Positions 1 to 12,077 of a stretch of DNA of 64,000 nucleotides are shown here, piece after piece (within the stretch, counting starts at the first letter, position 1; every line of letters starts with the position of its first letter). Below the pieces are notes generated by a model, which saw nothing but the letters and a program-made list of their open reading frames with translations, had not been told where the DNA came from and did no database searches. The DNA is taken from assembly GCF_046119375.1 (NCBI RefSeq), contig NW_027362762.1:407030001-407094000 (forward strand), in the 5' to 3' direction. The DNA comes from Phyllobates terribilis (taxonomy: Eukaryota). Made by a program: the position numbers and the translations under genes.

Positions 1-1138
1 TTGTTGGCTAAAAATAACAGCCCACAGCCGTCTCAGAAGAGGAGCATCACATAAGATTCTCCAATTTTAGCGCTTGGCCTTCACTCTTCCCTATTGCCCT
101 GGTGCATTGGCAGTCAGGATAATGGGGCTTGGGGTTGATGTCAGCTGTGAATTGTTCAAAATCACAGTTGGCATCAAGCCCTGTTGCTAATAATGGAGAA
201 GTGTATATCAGACATCCCCATTACTAATCCAGTATTAGAAAGTAACAAACACACACATAAAAATAGTTTATTTGAAAAAACACTCCCCAACACTTTTCCT
301 GGTTCACCAATTTATTTAGGAAAAAAATCCCGTGCAGTTACAACATAGTCCAGGGAATCTGACGTATCCTACAAAGGGAAACCTGCAAAACAAAAAAAGA
401 GAGAAACAAAAACAAGACACTGTCCCTCATTCAAAGTGATGTGTGAGCACTAAAATGCTCAGGCGCTCGATGCTCTGGTTGAGCAAATTGGAATGCTTGG
501 GTGCTCGACCCAAGCAATGAGCCCAATGTAAGTCTATGGGAAACTCGAGCATTTTTCAGGCGGCTCCACCCGGCGGTCTGCAGAGGGACTTAAAATTGCC
601 CAAATCGATGGGAACAGTGCTCAAATGACATGAGAACAGCATGGGGAAGGATTTCTGACTCCCAGGTCACTGCTGTCAACAACATTGTCAGAGGTATTAT
701 ACCACTTTTACAGACTCACAATAAAACATACAAAAACTAAACCAAAATGGATTTTTCTGGGAAATATGTTAAGGAACATCCTTTCCAGGGTAATGACTTT
801 TATATAACGCAAAATAAATAACCAAAAACAAAAATACTCCTCCACACCTTGGACTATATTCACGCGTAGGGTTTTTGATGCATTTTTGCACTTTTGCATT
901 GCTTTCAACCGTGACAAATGCATTTACTGGGAATGTCATTTTAACATTTTACAACCTAATCTGGCCATGTGGTGTGAGACATGATTAGACACATCCTGTT
1001 TGGTTTATGAAGGAGGGACTCTGAAAGTCACAAAGCCTATTTTTATAGGGCCATCAGATGGCCTTTACTATTATTAAATGGCCAGCAGTCAGCCCTCACT
1101 ACTCTTAGAGAGCCATCAGCCAGCTATGCTTTTTTGTT

Positions 1139-1574
1139 CCCATTACTAAAGAGTGGGTCTCCTATACTGTTATTGCGTATGCAGTGAGTGGCAGGTCTGC
1201 CCAAAATTTGGACGCACCCCAATACCCCTTTGAAAATTTGGACGCACCCCAATACCCCTTTGAAGAGACTTAGAGGAGGGCCTCCTGAAAAAAAATGTTA
1301 CCATTATTAGGAAATGAGTCTTCTATACTGTTAGCCTATGCAGTGAATGCATGGGCTGCCAAAGATTTGGACCTACTCCAATGCCCTTTGGAAGAGACGT
1401 AGAGAAGGGCCTCCTGAAAAAAAATGTTCCCATTATTACGAAGTGGATCTCCCATTGTGTTTGCCTATGCAGTGAATGCAATGGTTTCCAAAAATTTGGA
1501 GGCACTACAATACATCTTGGAAGAGACATGGAGGTCAGAGGGCCTCCAGAAAACAATGTTCCCACTATTAGGAA
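1139..1574. repeat. ~130-bp degenerate tandem repeat of hAT-B (left part; continues at 13120-13520)
   Basis: Recurring cccattattaggaagtgggtctcc...ctatgcagtgaatg...aaaatttgg...gaagagac unit. Includes an exact 30-bp duplication at 1203-1262. Confidence 0.85.
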
Positions 1575-1944
1575 TAGAGATGAGCGTTGTTCTACTCGAA
1601 CTGTTCGCCAATCTCAAATTCGAGCTGTTTTGGGCGGTGTTCGAGCCGTTCGGCGAACACGAACAATTTGAGAAAAATTCGGCTGTTCGAGGTTATGTTC
1701 GATAACTGTTCGTGCACCAAAATCATAACTGGATTTTTTCTCAGTAATGATGAAAATTAATGTTAATACGCAGTTTGAGTGTACAGCGGGGTGGGGGGAG
1801 GGGCAGGGGATGGATCTCTGCAGGAACAATGAAGATCTCCATTTTTTTTTTCTCTTTCCCGCATTTACAGTGGGGAGGTGCAATCTGTCAGCCTATCAGC
1901 AGTGCACACAAGTGCTTTTTTTCACACAAGCAATGGCATGTGTC

Positions 1945-1980
1945 ATTGGCAGTGTATGTCACATGTCCTTGCCCTATAAG
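1945..1980 (+). promoter_or_regulatory. Candidate hAT-A promoter (reverse CCAAT plus TATA-like)
   Basis: attgg at 1945-1949 and TATAA at 1975-1979, facing the transposase; motif-level evidence only. Confidence 0.3.
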
Positions 1981-2479
1981 ACCAAGCCATTTTCCCCGTC
2001 GCCACCATTTTCTCACTGCTGCAGCTGCGTGTTAGACGGCACCGCTGTTGCTGTGTGCGCTATACCTTGTTAATTTCAAGCCAATTTTCGCACAAATCTA
2101 CAGATAGCTTGGGAGTAGGGAATAGTTGTGATTGCAGTCCTTTTAAGGACTAGGTTACAGCATTTCCTACGACTTTTATCAGGCAGGTCTGTGCTCTTAA
2201 ATAGATAGATTGTGGGAGTAAAGACTAATTGTAATTGGAGTCCTTTTCAGGACTAGGTTACATCAGTTCCTATCAGTTTTTGCCAGGCAGGTCTGTGCCA
2301 GTGCTGTGCAAATTTTTTTCACAGCATTTGGCTGAATCTAGCAAAGCTAATCCTTTTTGGCCTATTGCAGAGTGTGTTAGTCAGTGGAGTAGCCTATCTG
2401 TGTTGCAAGATATACCACCTGTGTATAGAATACCAATTTTTTTACTGCACCTAGTGAAGTAAAATCTTTTGGGCATAGC

Positions 2480-4715
2480 ATCATTCTATTAGTCCATCTA
2501 TACTGACCTCCATCAGGTTGCAAATTGAATATAATTTTTTTCTGCATCTAGCTCTGAAAAAATATTGGGCTTCTAGCTGTGTGTGGGACTTGTTGTATTA
2601 GTCCATCTATACTGACCTCCATCAGGTTGCAAACTGCATATATTTTTTTCTTCATCTACCTCTGAAAAAATATTGGGCTTCTAGCTGTGTGTGGGACTTG
2701 TTCTATTAATCCATCTATACAGACCTCCATCAGGTTGCAAACTGAATATATTTTTTTCTGCATCTACCTCTGAAAAAATATTGGGCTTCTAGCTGTGTGT
2801 GGGACTTGTTGTATTAGTCCATCTATACTGACCTCCATCAGGTTGCAAACTGAATATATTTTTTTCTGCATCTACCTCTGAAAAAATATTGGGCTTCTAG
2901 CTGTGTGTGGGACTTGTTCTATTAATCCATCTATACAGACCTCCATCAGGTTGCAAACTGAATATATTTTTTTCTGCATCTACCTCTGAAAAAATATTGG
3001 GCTTCTAGCTGTGTGTGGGACTTGTTCTATTAATCCATCTATACAGACCTCCATCAGGTTGCAAACTGAATATATTTTTTTCTGCATCTACCTCTGAAAA
3101 AATATTGGGCTTCTAGCTGTGTGTGGGACTTGTTGTATTAGTCCATCTATACTGACCTCCATCAGGTTGCAAACTGAATATATTTTTTTCTGCATCTACC
3201 TCTGAAAAAATATTGGGCTTCTAGCTGTGTGTAGGACTTGTTCTATTAATCCATCTATACAGACCTCCATCAGGTTGCAAACTGAATATATTTCTTTCTG
3301 CATCTACCTCTGAAAAAATATTGGGCTTCTAGCTGTGTGTGGGACTTGTTGTATTAGTCCATCTATACTGACCTCCATCAGGTTGCAAACTGAATATATT
3401 TTTTTCTGCATTTAAATCTGAAAAAATATTGGGCTTCTAGCTGTGTGTGGGACTTGTTCTATTAATCCATCTATACAGACCTCCATCAGGTTGCAAATTG
3501 AATATAATTTTTTTCTGCATCTAGCTCTGAAAAAATATTGGGCTTCTAGCTGTGTGTGGGACTTGTTGTATTAGTCCATCTATACTGACCTCCATCAGGT
3601 TGCAAACTGCATATATTTTTTTCTTCATCTACCTCTGAAAAAATATTGGGCTTCTAGCTGTGTGTGGGACTTGTTCTATTAATCCATCTATACAGACCTC
3701 CATCAGGTTGCAAACTGAATATATTTTTTTCTGCATCTACCTCTGAAAAAATATTGGGCTTCTAGCTGTGTGTGGGACTTGTTGTATTAGTCCATCTATA
3801 CTGACCTCCATCAGGTTGCAAACTGAATATATTTTTTTCTGCATCTACCTCTGAAAAAATATTGGGCTTCTAGCTGTGTGTGGGACTTGTTCTATTAATC
3901 CATCTATACAGACCTCCATCAGGTTGCAAACTGAATATATTTTTTTCTGCATCTACCTCTGAAAAAATATTGGGCTTCTAGCTGTGTGTGGGACTTGTTC
4001 TATTAATCCATCTATACAGACCTCCATCAGGTTGCAAACTGAATATATTTTTTTCTGCATCTACCTCTGAAAAAATATTGGGCTTCTAGCTGTGTGTGGG
4101 ACTTGTTGTATTAGTCCATCTATACTGACCTCCATCAGGTTGCAAACTGAATATATTTTTTTCTGCATCTACCTCTGAAAAAATATTGGGCTTCTAGCTG
4201 TGTGTAGGACTTGTTCTATTAATCCATCTATACAGACCTCCATCAGGTTGCAAACTGAATATATTTCTTTCTGCATCTACCTCTGAAAAAATATTGGGCT
4301 TCTAGCTGTGTGTGGGACTTGTTGTATTAGTCCATCTATACTGACCTCCATCAGGTTGCAAACTGAATATATTTTTTTCTGCATCTACCTCTGAAAAAAT
4401 ATTGGGCTTCTAGCTGTGTGTGGGACTTGTTCTATTAATCCATCTATACAGACCTCCATCAGGTTGCAAACTGAATATATTTTTTTCTGCATCTACCTCT
4501 GAAAAAATATTGGTCTTCTAGCTGTGTGTGGGACTTGTTCTATTAATCCATCTATACAGACCTCCATCAGGTTGCAAACTGAATATATTTTTTTCTGCAT
4601 CTAGCTCTGAAAAAATATTTGGCCTTCTAGCAGTGTGTGGGACTTTCTCTATTAGTCCATCTATACTGACCTCCATCAGGTTGCAAATTGAATATAATTT
4701 TTTTCTGCATCTAAC
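2480..4715. repeat. 108-bp tandem array (~21 units) with a duplicated 9-unit, 973-bp higher-order repeat
   Basis: The ttgggcttctagc motif recurs every 108 nt (2565, 2673, 2781...). Diagnostic variants recur at +973: caaattg 2521/3494, gtaggact 3231/4204, atatttcttt 3288/4261. Confidence 0.95.
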
Positions 4716-4829
4716 CCAGCCAATAGTTTTGGCCTAATACCACAGTTTGGCCACTCAGCTCTGCTCGGTTCCCATCCATTGTTTTTTTGTGCAAACAACT
4801 CCAGAGTTGTTAATTAGTTAACCACCAAA

Positions 4830-7800
4830 ATGAGTGGAAAAAGGCCTGCTGCTGATGGAAAGGGGAATAGGCGTGTTGGGAAGGGGAAAAAAGGTTGTGT
4901 CCGTGGGGTAGGTGTTAAAGCAACAGTAACATCTGCAGAAGAAAGACCATCTTCCAGCCAAACTAAAATGTCTACTTCTTTTAGCGGACAATGTGATAAG
5001 ATCCCTTTCTTACGGCCACGCCAATCACTACAAATTCCAGATGAGGCACAAAAACAGCAGGTGCTTCAACGGATATCAAGTGCTCCTTTAAGTGGGCTCT
5101 CCTCCACATCAACTTCAACATCACAAATACTCCAGTCCTCAAAGGTGTCACCCCAATCGCACTTGCTTCCTCACAGCTCCCAAATCTCCAGTTGCCCGTC
5201 TGAGTATGAGGTAGAACAGATGGTTGAGTCTGCAGAGCTGTTTACTCATACTATAGCCTGGGAATCAGAGGTCGACTCCAGCGCTTCTGTGAATCCAGAC
5301 GAGGAAATGATCTGCACTGATGCCCAGAATCTTTATGAGTCGGATCCAGGACCAGACGCAGAAGGTTCTGACCATAATGTAGACCCTCATTCCCAAACTG
5401 TAACTCCTGTTGGTGGAGACAATGAGGAAGACGATGATAAGACTCAAATACCTGATTGGAGCGACAACTTTAGTTTTTTGTCAGGGCAGGAACAGGTTGG
5501 CTCTGAGTACGACGGGTGTGATAACGCACAGGGTGATGAAGATGAGGTTGGAGATCCCACTTACTGTCAACCCACAGTCAGCCAAGAGATGAGGTCAGCA
5601 GAGGAGGTGGAGGAAGATGCTAGTGACGACGAGGTCAGGTTGCGCCTTCCTGGACAGAGACGTAGTACTGGAAGCACGTCAACAACTGCATCCTCAAACA
5701 CAACTCTGCCTCTCACCACAAGTCGTGGTGGCTCTTCAGGTCGCATGGGTGCTAAGCCTTGCATAGCCTGGGCATTTTTTCAGATCGATAAAGATGACCC
5801 AACTCGTGTTATCTGTAACATTTGTCAGCAAAAGCTAAGTAGAAGCCAAAAAATACATAGTTTGAGTACTTCATGCATGAACCGGCACATGGACATGAAG
5901 CATAAGTTGCAGTGGGAAGCTCAGTGTGCTACAATGCGGCCTAGCCGGCCGGGCCAACCACCGTCTGCCATATCTTGTGCATCCGCGGCCTCTTCATCCT
6001 CTGTGACTGGGGGGACAGCAGTCACACCTGTTTTGGGGCGCAGACCTGCCACCTCTTTACCCGCAACAGCCAGCGTGATTGGCAGGTCATCATTTTCTTT
6101 GGAGGTGGTAACACCAGCTGGTGTTGAGTGCTGTCCGACATCGATAGCACCACCTTTGGATCAAGGCAACCTAACATGTCCGCCTGCATCTTCCTCACAG
6201 ACCGGCAGTTTGCCGGGGACACCCTTATCAACCCCGTCTAAGCACAATAGCCAGCCCTCGGTCGCTCAGATGTGGACAAGTAAAAGACCACTTCCTCCTA
6301 GCCATGAGAAAGCTAAGAGGTTGAATTTCACCATCTGCAAGTTCTTGGCTACAGAAATGCTGCCTTTCCGCCTGGTGGACACAGAGAATTTTCGAGACCT
6401 TATGTCCGTCGCAGTGCCCCAGTACCAGATGCCCAGTCGGCACTACTTCTCAAAGAAAGGTGTGCCTGCGCTCCACCAGCATGTCGCACACAACATCACC
6501 GCTTCTTTGAGAAACTCTGTGTGTGACAGGGTGCATTTCACCACAGACACTTGGACGAGTAGGCATGGACAGGGGCGTTACATGTCGCTGACTGGGCACT
6601 GGGTATCTATGGTGACAGCAGGACAAGGGGCTGCTGTCCAAGTCTTGCCGTCCCCACGAGTTGTGCGTCAATCCTCTTTATGTCAAAGTTCCTCCACTGC
6701 TTCTGCCTCCTCAACCTCCTCTCAGTCTTCCACCTGCACCCAAAGCCTGTCTGGTCATGCCACAAGCTTTCTAACTGCGCAGAAGGGATCCTGCACACCT
6801 CCTTACTATGCTGGCAGTAGGGCTCAACGTCATCAGGCGGTTTTTACATTGAAATGTCTGGGAAATGTGAGTCACACAGCTGAGGAGTTGTGGTCAGCTC
6901 TGGAGAACCAATTTCATGAATGGTTGTCTCCACTGGACCTGAAACCAGGGAAGGCCGTGTGCGACAATGCTGCAAACCTGGGTGCGGCCCTTCGCCGGGG
7001 CAATGTCACACACGTGCCTTGTATGGCTCACGTGTTGAACCTGGTTGTCGAGCAATTTTTAGCCCACTATCCCAGACTAGATGGCCTTCTGCAGAGGGCA
7101 CGGTCGCTGTGTGCTCACTTTCGCCGTTCGCATCCCGCAGCTCAGCGACTTACATCTCTACAGAAGTCGTTGGGCCTGCCACTTCACCGGCTAAAATGCG
7201 ATGTGCCTACCCGGTGGAATTCAACTCTGCACATGTTGCAGCGACTGTGGCAGCACCGACAAGCCCTGGTGCAATACGTTCTGACGTATAGCCTGGGCCA
7301 ACGAGATCCAGAGGTGGGGCAAATCACGCTGGAGGAGTGGTCTCAGATCAGGGACCTATGCACCCTTCTGCACAGTTTTGAAATGGCGACGAAGATGTTT
7401 AGTGCTGACGATGCCATTATCAGCATGACTATTCCGGTGATTTACATGCTGGAGCACATGTTAAACAGAATTCGGAGTCAGATGGTGGCACAAGAGGAGG
7501 TGGAGGAAGTAGAGGAGGAGGAGTTGTATGCGGAAGGGCTAACATCTGCAAGGTCCAGACGGTCGGCAGCACCAAGGCGGCAGGCATGTGAGGGTGGGGG
7601 AGATGGTTTTACCAGGGCGCATGGTAGCAGCCAAACTAGTGAGGAAGGTGCATCAGCCCAGGAAGAAGTGGAGGACGAACTGATGGAAGACTCATCAGAT
7701 GAGGGAGACCTTGATCACATTTCTGTTGTGCGAGGTTGGGGGGAGAGGACAGAGGAAGGAAGCATGATTGTTACCTCGCCACCAACACAACAGGGACTTG

Positions 7801-8531
7801 GTGCTCCTGGATGCGTAACACACATGAGTGCCTTCTTGCTGCACTACCTGCAACATGACCCTCGAATTGTGAGAATTAGAAATAATCCTGACTACTGGGT
7901 TGCCACACTGTTAGATCCCCGGTACAAAAGTAAATTTGCAGAAATTATTCCTGCCATAGAAAGGGATGCACGCATGCAGGAGTATCAGCAGAGACTGTTG
8001 CAGAATCTTACATGTGCTTTTCCACAAAATACCAGTGGTGCACGTAGTGAATCTCACAGTTCCAACTTGCCAACCGTGGGACCGTCAAGTGTTCAGCACT
8101 CAAACCGTAACAGAACCACAGTATCTGCTGGTAACATCAATTTTGCGGAATCATTTCACCACTTTTTTAGCCCATCCTTTGCAAGGCCACAGGAGACAAG
8201 AAGTCTGACACATAGTCAACGCCTAGAGACGATGGTACAGGAGTATCTCCAAGTAAACATTGAAGCCACGACTGTGTCACTGGACCCTTGCTCTTTTTGG
8301 GCTTCCAATCTGGATAAATGGCCGGAGCTAGCCACTTACGCCTTGGAGATCTTGTCATGCCCCGCAGCCAGCGTTCTGTCTGAACGTGTGTTCAGCGCTG
8401 CTGGTGGTGTGCTGACAGATAAGCGCACGCGGCTCTCCACTGATAATGTAGACAGACTCACGTTCATAAAGATGAACAAATCATGGATCCGAAACGACTT
8501 TTCTACCCCTGTGTCATCCTGGGGAGAGTAA
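4830..8531 (+). CDS. hAT transposase with BED zinc finger, intact 1233 aa
   Basis: BED finger (WAFF...CNIC...HMDMKH); catalytic D (FTTDTW), D (VCDNAAN) and E (SVLSERVFSAAG); CxxH (CMAH); TRWNS; LLDPRYK; C-terminal dimerisation domain; no stops. Confidence 0.96.
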   Translation: MSGKRPAADGKGNRRVGKGKKGCVRGVGVKATVTSAEERPSSSQTKMSTSFSGQCDKIPFLRPRQSLQIPDEAQKQQVLQRISSAPLSGLSSTSTSTSQILQSSKVSPQSHLLPHSSQISSCPSEYEVEQMVESAELFTHTIAWESEVDSSASVNPDEEMICTDAQNLYESDPGPDAEGSDHNVDPHSQTVTPVGGDNEEDDDKTQIPDWSDNFSFLSGQEQVGSEYDGCDNAQGDEDEVGDPTYCQPTVSQEMRSAEEVEEDASDDEVRLRLPGQRRSTGSTSTTASSNTTLPLTTSRGGSSGRMGAKPCIAWAFFQIDKDDPTRVICNICQQKLSRSQKIHSLSTSCMNRHMDMKHKLQWEAQCATMRPSRPGQPPSAISCASAASSSSVTGGTAVTPVLGRRPATSLPATASVIGRSSFSLEVVTPAGVECCPTSIAPPLDQGNLTCPPASSSQTGSLPGTPLSTPSKHNSQPSVAQMWTSKRPLPPSHEKAKRLNFTICKFLATEMLPFRLVDTENFRDLMSVAVPQYQMPSRHYFSKKGVPALHQHVAHNITASLRNSVCDRVHFTTDTWTSRHGQGRYMSLTGHWVSMVTAGQGAAVQVLPSPRVVRQSSLCQSSSTASASSTSSQSSTCTQSLSGHATSFLTAQKGSCTPPYYAGSRAQRHQAVFTLKCLGNVSHTAEELWSALENQFHEWLSPLDLKPGKAVCDNAANLGAALRRGNVTHVPCMAHVLNLVVEQFLAHYPRLDGLLQRARSLCAHFRRSHPAAQRLTSLQKSLGLPLHRLKCDVPTRWNSTLHMLQRLWQHRQALVQYVLTYSLGQRDPEVGQITLEEWSQIRDLCTLLHSFEMATKMFSADDAIISMTIPVIYMLEHMLNRIRSQMVAQEEVEEVEEEELYAEGLTSARSRRSAAPRRQACEGGGDGFTRAHGSSQTSEEGASAQEEVEDELMEDSSDEGDLDHISVVRGWGERTEEGSMIVTSPPTQQGLGAPGCVTHMSAFLLHYLQHDPRIVRIRNNPDYWVATLLDPRYKSKFAEIIPAIERDARMQEYQQRLLQNLTCAFPQNTSGARSESHSSNLPTVGPSSVQHSNRNRTTVSAGNINFAESFHHFFSPSFARPQETRSLTHSQRLETMVQEYLQVNIEATTVSLDPCSFWASNLDKWPELATYALEILSCPAASVLSERVFSAAGGVLTDKRTRLSTDNVDRLTFIKMNKSWIRNDFSTPVSSWGE

Positions 8532-8569
8532 AAGCTTGATGATTGGTTAAAATCACCCTACCAACCGTT

Positions 8570-8850
8570 TTAAGCTTTCAAATTACTAATCATGTTTATC
8601 TGTATCTTGGCTGGAAAATAATTTGGGCTTTGTAGCAGTGTGCAGCACTGATTCTATTAGGCCATCTATAATAAGCTCCACCAGATTTAAAATTACTAAT
8701 CATGTTTATCTGTATCTTGACTGGAAAATAATTTGGGCTTTGTAGCAGTGTGCAGCACTGATCCTATTAGGCCATCTATACTAAAGCTTCACCAGATTTA
8801 AAATTAATAATAATTTTTAGCTGCATCTAGCCCGGAAAATAATTTTGGGG
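8570..8850. repeat. ~120-bp degenerate repeats 3' of the transposase, related to the 108-bp 5' unit
   Basis: Two to three copies of aaattactaatcatgtttatctgtatcttg.ctggaaaataatttgggctttgtagcagtgtg...ctattaggccatctata. Shares ttgggct/ctatta/ccatctata with the 5' array. Confidence 0.75.
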
Positions 8851-8854
8851 CTCC

Positions 8855-10411
8855 GAGATGCGCAAGACACATAAGTGCCTTCTTGCTGCACTACCTGCAG
8901 CATGACCCTCATATTGTCAGAATTCGAAGTAATCATGACTACTGGGTTGCCACACTCTTAGATCCCCCAAACTTTTCGATCAACCTTTTCATTTTAATAA
9001 AGACCAAAAAAATGGTCATTTTTGAAATTATAAGCATTAGCAGGTTGTTAGAAACTGAAATCAAACAGTTTTCAACTCAAAACTTTATTCTAGGTGATGT
9101 TACATTTTCACATAGGACCCCTTGTTCGAAAGGAGCTTCTGAACTCTCTCGTCCATTGAATGTGTCAGGTTTTGGATGGTTTCTGCTTCAATTGTTTTGC
9201 ATGAGGACAGAATACCCTCCCAGAGCTGTTGCTTAGATGTGAACTGCCTCCCGCCATCATAGACACTCCTTTTAATGATGCTCCAAAGGTTCTGAATGGG
9301 GTAGAGGTCAGGGGAGCATGGGGGTCACACCATAAGTTTGTCCCCTTTTATGCCCATATCAGCCAGAGATGCAGATGTTTTATGTGCAGCATGAGATGGT
9401 GCATTATCATGCAGAAAAATGATCTTGCTGTGAAATACACGGTTCTTCTTCTTGAACCATGGCAGGAAGTGCTGTTTGAGAAAATCCACATACATTATGG
9501 AGTTCATCTTTAGCGCCTTCAGGGATTCTAAAGGGGCCGACAATCTCTCTCCCCATGATTCCAGCCCAAAACATTACTCCACCTCCTCCTTGTTGGCGCT
9601 GTAGCCGTGTTTGCGTGGGGTGTCCATCAACCAGCCATCCTCCACTCCATCCATCTGGACCATCGAGCGCTGGACGGCACTCATTCGTGAACAAAACAGT
9701 TTTGAAATCAGTCTTCATGTAATGTTTGGCCCACTGGAGCCGTTTCTGCTTGTGTGAAGTGGATAGAGGAGGTCGACAGGATGGCGTATGCACAGCTGCA
9801 AACCTCTGAAGGACCCTGCATCTTGTTGTTCGGGGGACGTTGGAGGCACAAGCAGCTTCAAAAACTTGTCTGCTGCTATGACAAGGCTTTTTTGCCGCTG
9901 TTCGTTCAACCTGACGTAATTGCCTGTAGGAAAGAGTCCTCAATTTGCCCTTATCAGCACGCACACGTGTGTACTGTGAATCAGCTACATACTTCTTGAT
10001 TGCCAAGACACTTCATCCTGATCATCGCACAATGTTGATTGTAGTCATGCCTTGACCTAAACACTCCACAATTTGTTGCTTCTCAGCAGCCGACACATCC
10101 TTTTTCTTTCCCATTTTGGCAGAAAATGTAGGCTGCTTAATAATGTGAGACAGCCTTCTTAAGTAGTCTTGCCTTTCATTGGACACACCTGCCAAACTAA
10201 TTAGCACAGGTGTCTGCAATTGCTTACAGTGATATAAAGAGCCCTGACACACATCACCATCAATGAGTTTAACTGACAAACAAACAAATTCTTCCCTTAT
10301 CACTCCTAAACACTTTTTGCATAATAATTTGGAACACAGTGTACATGTGCTTTTCCACAAAACACCAGTGGTTCACGTAGTGAATCTTACAGTTCTAACT
10401 TGCCAACCGTG
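8855..10411 (+). pseudogene. Diverged paralogous hAT transposase fragment (8855-8967 and 10342-10411) split by a Tc1 remnant
   Basis: 8860-8966 aligns to 7813-7920 (about 12 differences in ~110 nt). 10342-10411 aligns to ~8009-8078. Confidence 0.85.
8968..10341 (-). mobile_element. Decayed Tc1/mariner element, DD37E-type spacing (TRT-like); transposase ~9100-10114, one TIR lost
   Basis: 5' TIR CACTGTGTTCCAAATTATTATGCA with TA at 10342-10343. MGKKKDVSAAEK start; LFTNE (D>N); HDNAPSH...*PPCSPDLYPIQ (37 residues, E>Q); frameshifts and a stop. Confidence 0.88.
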
Positions 10412-10863
10412 GTCTGTATGGAGTTGTTCAATAAAGGGCCCAAAATTAAGATAACATAGATGGGAGAGGTCTCTATGAATAGGAATTCCTAAGTATTTGA
10501 TACCCTGTGAGGGCCAGGCAAAGGGAAAGTTGGACTGGATGGAATCCTATATGGATTTGGGGAGGGAGACATCGAGGGCCTCAGACTTCGCTGCATTGAT
10601 TTTAAAATTTGACCATGTAACAAAGTGATCTATTTCAGCCATAACAGCATGGATGGATATATGTGATTGAGTGATATATACTAGGACATCATCAGCAAAT
10701 AGAGAGCACTTGTACTCGGTGCCTCCCACCTCAATCCACCTAATATTGGGGTTATGGCGAATTGATGAGAGCAGGTGCTCCGTCACTAGGATGTATAAGA
10801 GAGGGGACAGAGAACATCCCTGCCTTGTCCCATTGGTGATTGTGAAAGGTGATGAAAATGTTC
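10412..10863 (-). pseudogene. L1-clade LINE RT fragment, part 2
   Basis: Translates FSSPFTITNGTRQGCSLSPLLYIL...SLFADDVLVY...FKINAAKSE...KYLGIPI. Confidence 0.9.
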
Positions 10864-12077
10864 TGACGCGCCCCCTGGGCCTTGGGACACCCGGAGCCGG
10901 ACCCTTTTTGGTGGATGCTGGTGGTTGTTGTCTCCGTGGCGGCAACCAGGTTCCGTGGCTCAGGGCGGTCAAACCAGTGGCGGAACTATTTATGTGGTTT
11001 TGATGTTTAAATGTCCGACTACGCCACCCGTGGATTGCGGTCAGAGTGAACCGCCGCTCCAGGGCAGACCGCTGAGGCTGGTGTTGTGGGTGCAGCAGAG
11101 CGTAGCATAACTCCCCACGGGAGGAGTATAGCCTCAGGGCAGTGTATGCGGAGGATGGGGGTGATGGTGCAGGGCAGCAGCAGTAATGACACGGAGTCAG
11201 TGATGCAGTCCAGGGCCTTTACTCACAGTTCTTATTATCCAGACCACGTCTGCAGGTAACGGCTGCCCACGTCGTACTGTGCTCACCAGGTGAGGGGCTC
11301 AGACAACTCCCAGATAACTTTGGAGTGCTTCACAGGACCCCCTTTGTGTGTCCTTTGTCTGGCCTTTCTTACCAACCCTTCTGTCCGGCTGCCTCGGGCC
11401 TCCTCTTGGTAAACTTGGCGCCAGTTTCCCTGACCCTATGTGGTGCCTTCCTAGCGGGTGTAGCGAGGGGCTGCGCCACATAAAATGTCACAGCCTCCTG
11501 TTTCTAGCTGAGGGTCGTTTCCTGCCTCCACTAGTTTCGGGGACCGGTCTCCCCCTTTGGCCTGACCCCTCCACGCAGGTGGATTCGGGCGTGCGGTGGC
11601 GACTCGCCCGTCCGCACCCCTGAGATCCCTTCGTTCCTCGTTCCTGGAGCCTTCTCCGCTCCTCTTCCTTCCTTCTCCCTCTTCCAGGCCTGGGCCTCTG
11701 TTACTAGGCCCGCCTCTGGAGCAGAGCTCATGCAGAGCCCCTGCTCCCTGCCACTTCTGCTCAGACTTCTCTGCACTGAACTAAGATGGTGCCCACCTTT
11801 TATACTCCCTTCTCAATGCACCCAGGAACTGCTTCCTCCCTGCTCCTGCACTACAGGGTTCCCCTTCCTCAGTGTTCCCTCCCCCCACTCCAGCCAGGGA
11901 CAGGGACTGTCGTGCCCATCTCAGGGGCATATTGGTCGCCCTGCCCCACGGCAATGTGGTGTAATGCATGCAGGTGTCGGGTCCTGATCCACACTACATC
12001 CTTACCTGAGAGTGAGATATCACACCTCTGGGTGAGGTGCAATACCTCTGTTGCAACCGAGCCCTCAGGGTGCTACA
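10864..12077 (-). mobile_element. Solo LTR (1214 bp) inserted in the L1 fragment
   Basis: TG...CA ends; 4-bp TSD GTTC (10860-10863 / 12078-12081); TATAAAA on the minus strand at 11798-11804. The L1 reading frame rejoins across it. Confidence 0.85.

Noticed and set aside
2480-4715. CRISPR-like array
   Set aside because: Units are contiguous near-identical monomers with no unique spacers, there are no cas genes, and the context is eukaryotic.
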